Part shown: piece by piece, positions 62,323 through 64,000 of the stretch | Position numbering within the stretch: the first letter of the stretch is position 1 | How the letters are laid out: the number at the start of each line of letters is the position of its first letter | Origin: Candidatus Falkowbacteria bacterium | GTDB lineage: Bacteria; Patescibacteriota; Patescibacteriia; Patescibacteriales; UBA12465 | Reading direction: 5' to 3' | Length of the DNA: 64,000 bases | Assembly (NCBI GenBank): GCA_016432645.1 | Contig: CP066698.1 | Coordinates: forward strand, 453,062-517,061 | Notes under the pieces: model-generated | What the model saw: the letters and a program-made list of their open reading frames with translations, nothing else | Told to the model about the DNA's origin: nothing | Databases searched by the model: none | Translations under genes and position numbers: made by a program

Positions 62323-62427
62323 ATGCACGCCGCGATTATAACTTTCTTTGAGTCTCTCGGGAATATTATCGTTCCCGTCCTGGCAATCGCCTTGATCGCC
62401 AAATTATTAATAAGAATTAGCAGATAA
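62323..62427 (+). CDS. 34-aa single-TM ORF (g7p/g9p size class)
   Basis: Own translation: MHAAIITFFESLGNIIVPVLAIALIAKLLIRISR. It starts 2 nt after the previous stop. Confidence 0.35.
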   Translation: MHAAIITFFESLGNIIVPVLAIALIAKLLIRISR

Positions 62428-62433
62428 TAAATT

Positions 62434-62577
62434 ATGTGCTCCGCTGAAATATTAATCTCAAACTCTTGCTACCTGGATAACTGGGTCAATATCACGCACT
62501 CTTTATCCGCGGGCTTGGTTATGGGCGCGTTTCTCGGAGTAACGGTCGGCATAATTCTATTATTTCTTAAAAAATAA
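62434..62577 (+). CDS. 47-aa single-TM ORF (minor-coat size class)
   Basis: Own translation: MCSAEILISNSCYLDNWVNITHSLSAGLVMGAFLGVTVGIILLFLKK. Confidence 0.35.
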   Translation: MCSAEILISNSCYLDNWVNITHSLSAGLVMGAFLGVTVGIILLFLKK

Positions 62578-62593
62578 TTTAACTGTAATTTTT

Positions 62594-62842
62594 ATGATGA
62601 ATTTCATTAAGAAAATTAAAGTGGGGTTAATGGCTTTGCTGGGTATTATCGGCTTAAGCGCCGCTAACGCTTACGCGGCCGTGGACGCGGATATCGCTTC
62701 CACAACCAGCGGAATGGCAACGACCGTTAAGGAAAACTTAATGGGCGTCCTAATTTCCAACTTGCCGACTATCGTCATTGTCGGTGTAGCCGTCTTAGCG
62801 ATCGGCTTCATTTGGAGATTATTCCGCAGATTCGCTAAATAG
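62594..62842 (+). CDS. Inovirus major-coat-protein-like (g8p-like) protein
   Basis: The signal peptide ends ANAYA|A. The mature ~54 aa has an acidic N-terminus (VDADI..E), a hydrophobic core LPTIVIVGVAVLAIGFIW and a basic tail RLFRRFAK. Confidence 0.6.
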   Translation: MMNFIKKIKVGLMALLGIIGLSAANAYAAVDADIASTTSGMATTVKENLMGVLISNLPTIVIVGVAVLAIGFIWRLFRRFAK

Positions 62843-62849
62843 CCCTCAG

Positions 62850-62876
62850 GTTGCCCGATAATAAAAATCGGGCAAC
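62850..62876 (+). terminator. 10-bp-stem hairpin right after the coat-like gene
   Basis: gttgcccgat-aataaaa-atcgggcaac. There is no clear U-run. Its position is analogous to the terminator after gene VIII in Ff phages. Confidence 0.45.
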
Positions 62877-63006
62877 TTACAGGGAGATTGTGATATCGGT
62901 TAAGAGCCGGTGACGAGGGACAAAAATGCGTTTTAAGAGTTCTAAACTTTTAAGTCGGCAAACAAATACCCTCTCTCCTTTTAATAACATTTAACCTCTG
63001 CCCGTT

Positions 63007-64000
63007 ATGAAAAAGTTAAATTTTAAAAAATACTCATTTGGATTATTTTTTGTACTCTCACTATTTGGAATATTTTTCAACTCGCTCCAAGCAGTTAAGG
63101 CGACGAGCGGAATTTATTTAGATAGTACCGGATATACCTATCGCCTAAATTCTGATGACGGAGCCGGTAATTTTACTTTTGCGAATACTATAAACCCAAC
63201 TTGTGTTAATAGCTTTTTAATGGCTTTTGTTTCCACTTATACCGACGGTGCCGGTTGGGACAGTGTTTCTTATGGCGGCGTTCCAATGACCGACAGCGGA
63301 ATCGGCTCTCAAGCTTACGTCGGCCAAGTGCGCCATATGCGCTGGCAAACTTTTATTTTAAAAAGTCCTCTTTCCGGCACGAGAAATTTTCATGTTAGAA
63401 ATACTCGCGGTCTTTACTCCGACCCGGCGACCATAGTTTTAAAAACATTTTGCAATGTTGATCAAACCACGCCTTTGGATTTCGTGCGCGGCGGAGTAAG
63501 CAATTATAGCGGCAACGGAATCGGCAGCGGCTATTTTAATATCACTAATGATAATAGTTTAGTTCTGTTTAATTATATTCTGGCAACCGGCGGCACAGTC
63601 ACCGGAACCGCCGGATACAGTCAATCCTCTTTAAACGCCTACGAATACGCCGGACAGCAGATTTATAATTTCTTTACGGCGACAATCGGCAGAAAAACTC
63701 AATACGATTATTATTATGTCGGCGGAACCGATACCGACTGGGCTCGTTCTCTGGATTTATTTGTTTTAAATTCGGCCGCTCCGACTTCCAATATATCCAT
63801 AACGTCGCACACCATTAATCAAGCGAGTGGCGATGTCAGCATTAACGGAATTTGCGACACTATCGGAACCGGACAAAATCAACTCGATATTTTTGCCAAC
63901 TCGCAAGGCGATCCGAAACTATTTATCGTTGATTGTCTAAACAACGGCTTCTCGGCAATTTATCCGGGAATGGATTATGGCACTTCGACAATTTACGTTA
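63007..64000 (+). CDS. Large secreted protein, 5' partial (>331 aa, open to window end), g3p position
   Basis: Own translation: MKKLNFKKYSFGLFFVLSLFGIFFNSLQAVKATSGIYLDSTGYTYRL..., with no stop through 64000. It has a signal peptide. Absent from the track because there is no stop in the window. Confidence 0.6.
   Translation, partial: MKKLNFKKYSFGLFFVLSLFGIFFNSLQAVKATSGIYLDSTGYTYRLNSDDGAGNFTFANTINPTCVNSFLMAFVSTYTDGAGWDSVSYGGVPMTDSGIGSQAYVGQVRHMRWQTFILKSPLSGTRNFHVRNTRGLYSDPATIVLKTFCNVDQTTPLDFVRGGVSNYSGNGIGSGYFNITNDNSLVLFNYILATGGTVTGTAGYSQSSLNAYEYAGQQIYNFFTATIGRKTQYDYYYVGGTDTDWARSLDLFVLNSAAPTSNISITSHTINQASGDVSINGICDTIGTGQNQLDIFANSQGDPKLFIVDCLNNGFSAIYPGMDYGTSTIYV

Larger units (their letters stand above)
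61879..64000 (+). mobile_element. Candidate integrated filamentous-phage (inovirus-like) structural module, incomplete in window
   Basis: The gene order (small OB protein, 3 tiny TM ORFs, g8p-like coat, hairpin, large secreted ORF) mirrors gV-gVII-gIX-gVIII-gIII of Ff phages. The morphogenesis ATPase, Rep and att sites are not visible in the window. Confidence 0.45.

Overview
This 64-kb window is almost entirely minus-strand coding for the first 43 kb. Its gene content reads like a small-genome, Gram-positive-type or Patescibacteria (CPR)-like bacterium; this is inference, since no search could be run. Housekeeping anchors are eutH (partial), tRNA-Ser(GGA), ligA-gatC-gatA, ybeY, a FemAB-family gene, comFC and a T-box-controlled thrS. 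Accessory content dominates and falls into four blocks. (i) 9.6-31.1 kb is a surface-protein locus. It holds two extremely Cys-rich secreted proteins (449 and 1235 aa, eukaryote-like CxxCxxGxY repeats, 129-bp tandem repeats), a stand-alone phage-tail-fibre S74 chaperone-domain protein, three giant GNVGIGT-repeat fibre proteins (836, ~1690 and 1744 aa), a triple-LamG protein and a cupredoxin. (ii) 31.2-43.2 kb is a type IV pilus block with PilX/W/V/FimT-like minor pilins, two tandem major pilins, PilC, PilB and PilO/N/M. (iii) 47.3-58.4 kb carries thiol-disulfide and metal genes. The 50.9-60 kb part is visibly lower in GC and encodes a P1B-ATPase with DKTKT, a DsbA-like protein, an M23 peptidase, a SufS-like enzyme, a cupredoxin with a Cys/Gly tail and a GILT-like protein. 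(iv) 58.9-64 kb has an SDH-type Clp-fold protease, a LexA-type repressor and a filamentous-phage (inovirus)-like gene string. That string comprises a g5p-like small protein, three tiny TM ORFs, a textbook g8p-like coat protein, a strong hairpin and a large secreted ORF running off the window. A recurrent layout of terminator, then TGnTATAAT, then gene delimits many transcription units. I saw no CRISPR array, reverse transcriptase, transposase or rRNA.
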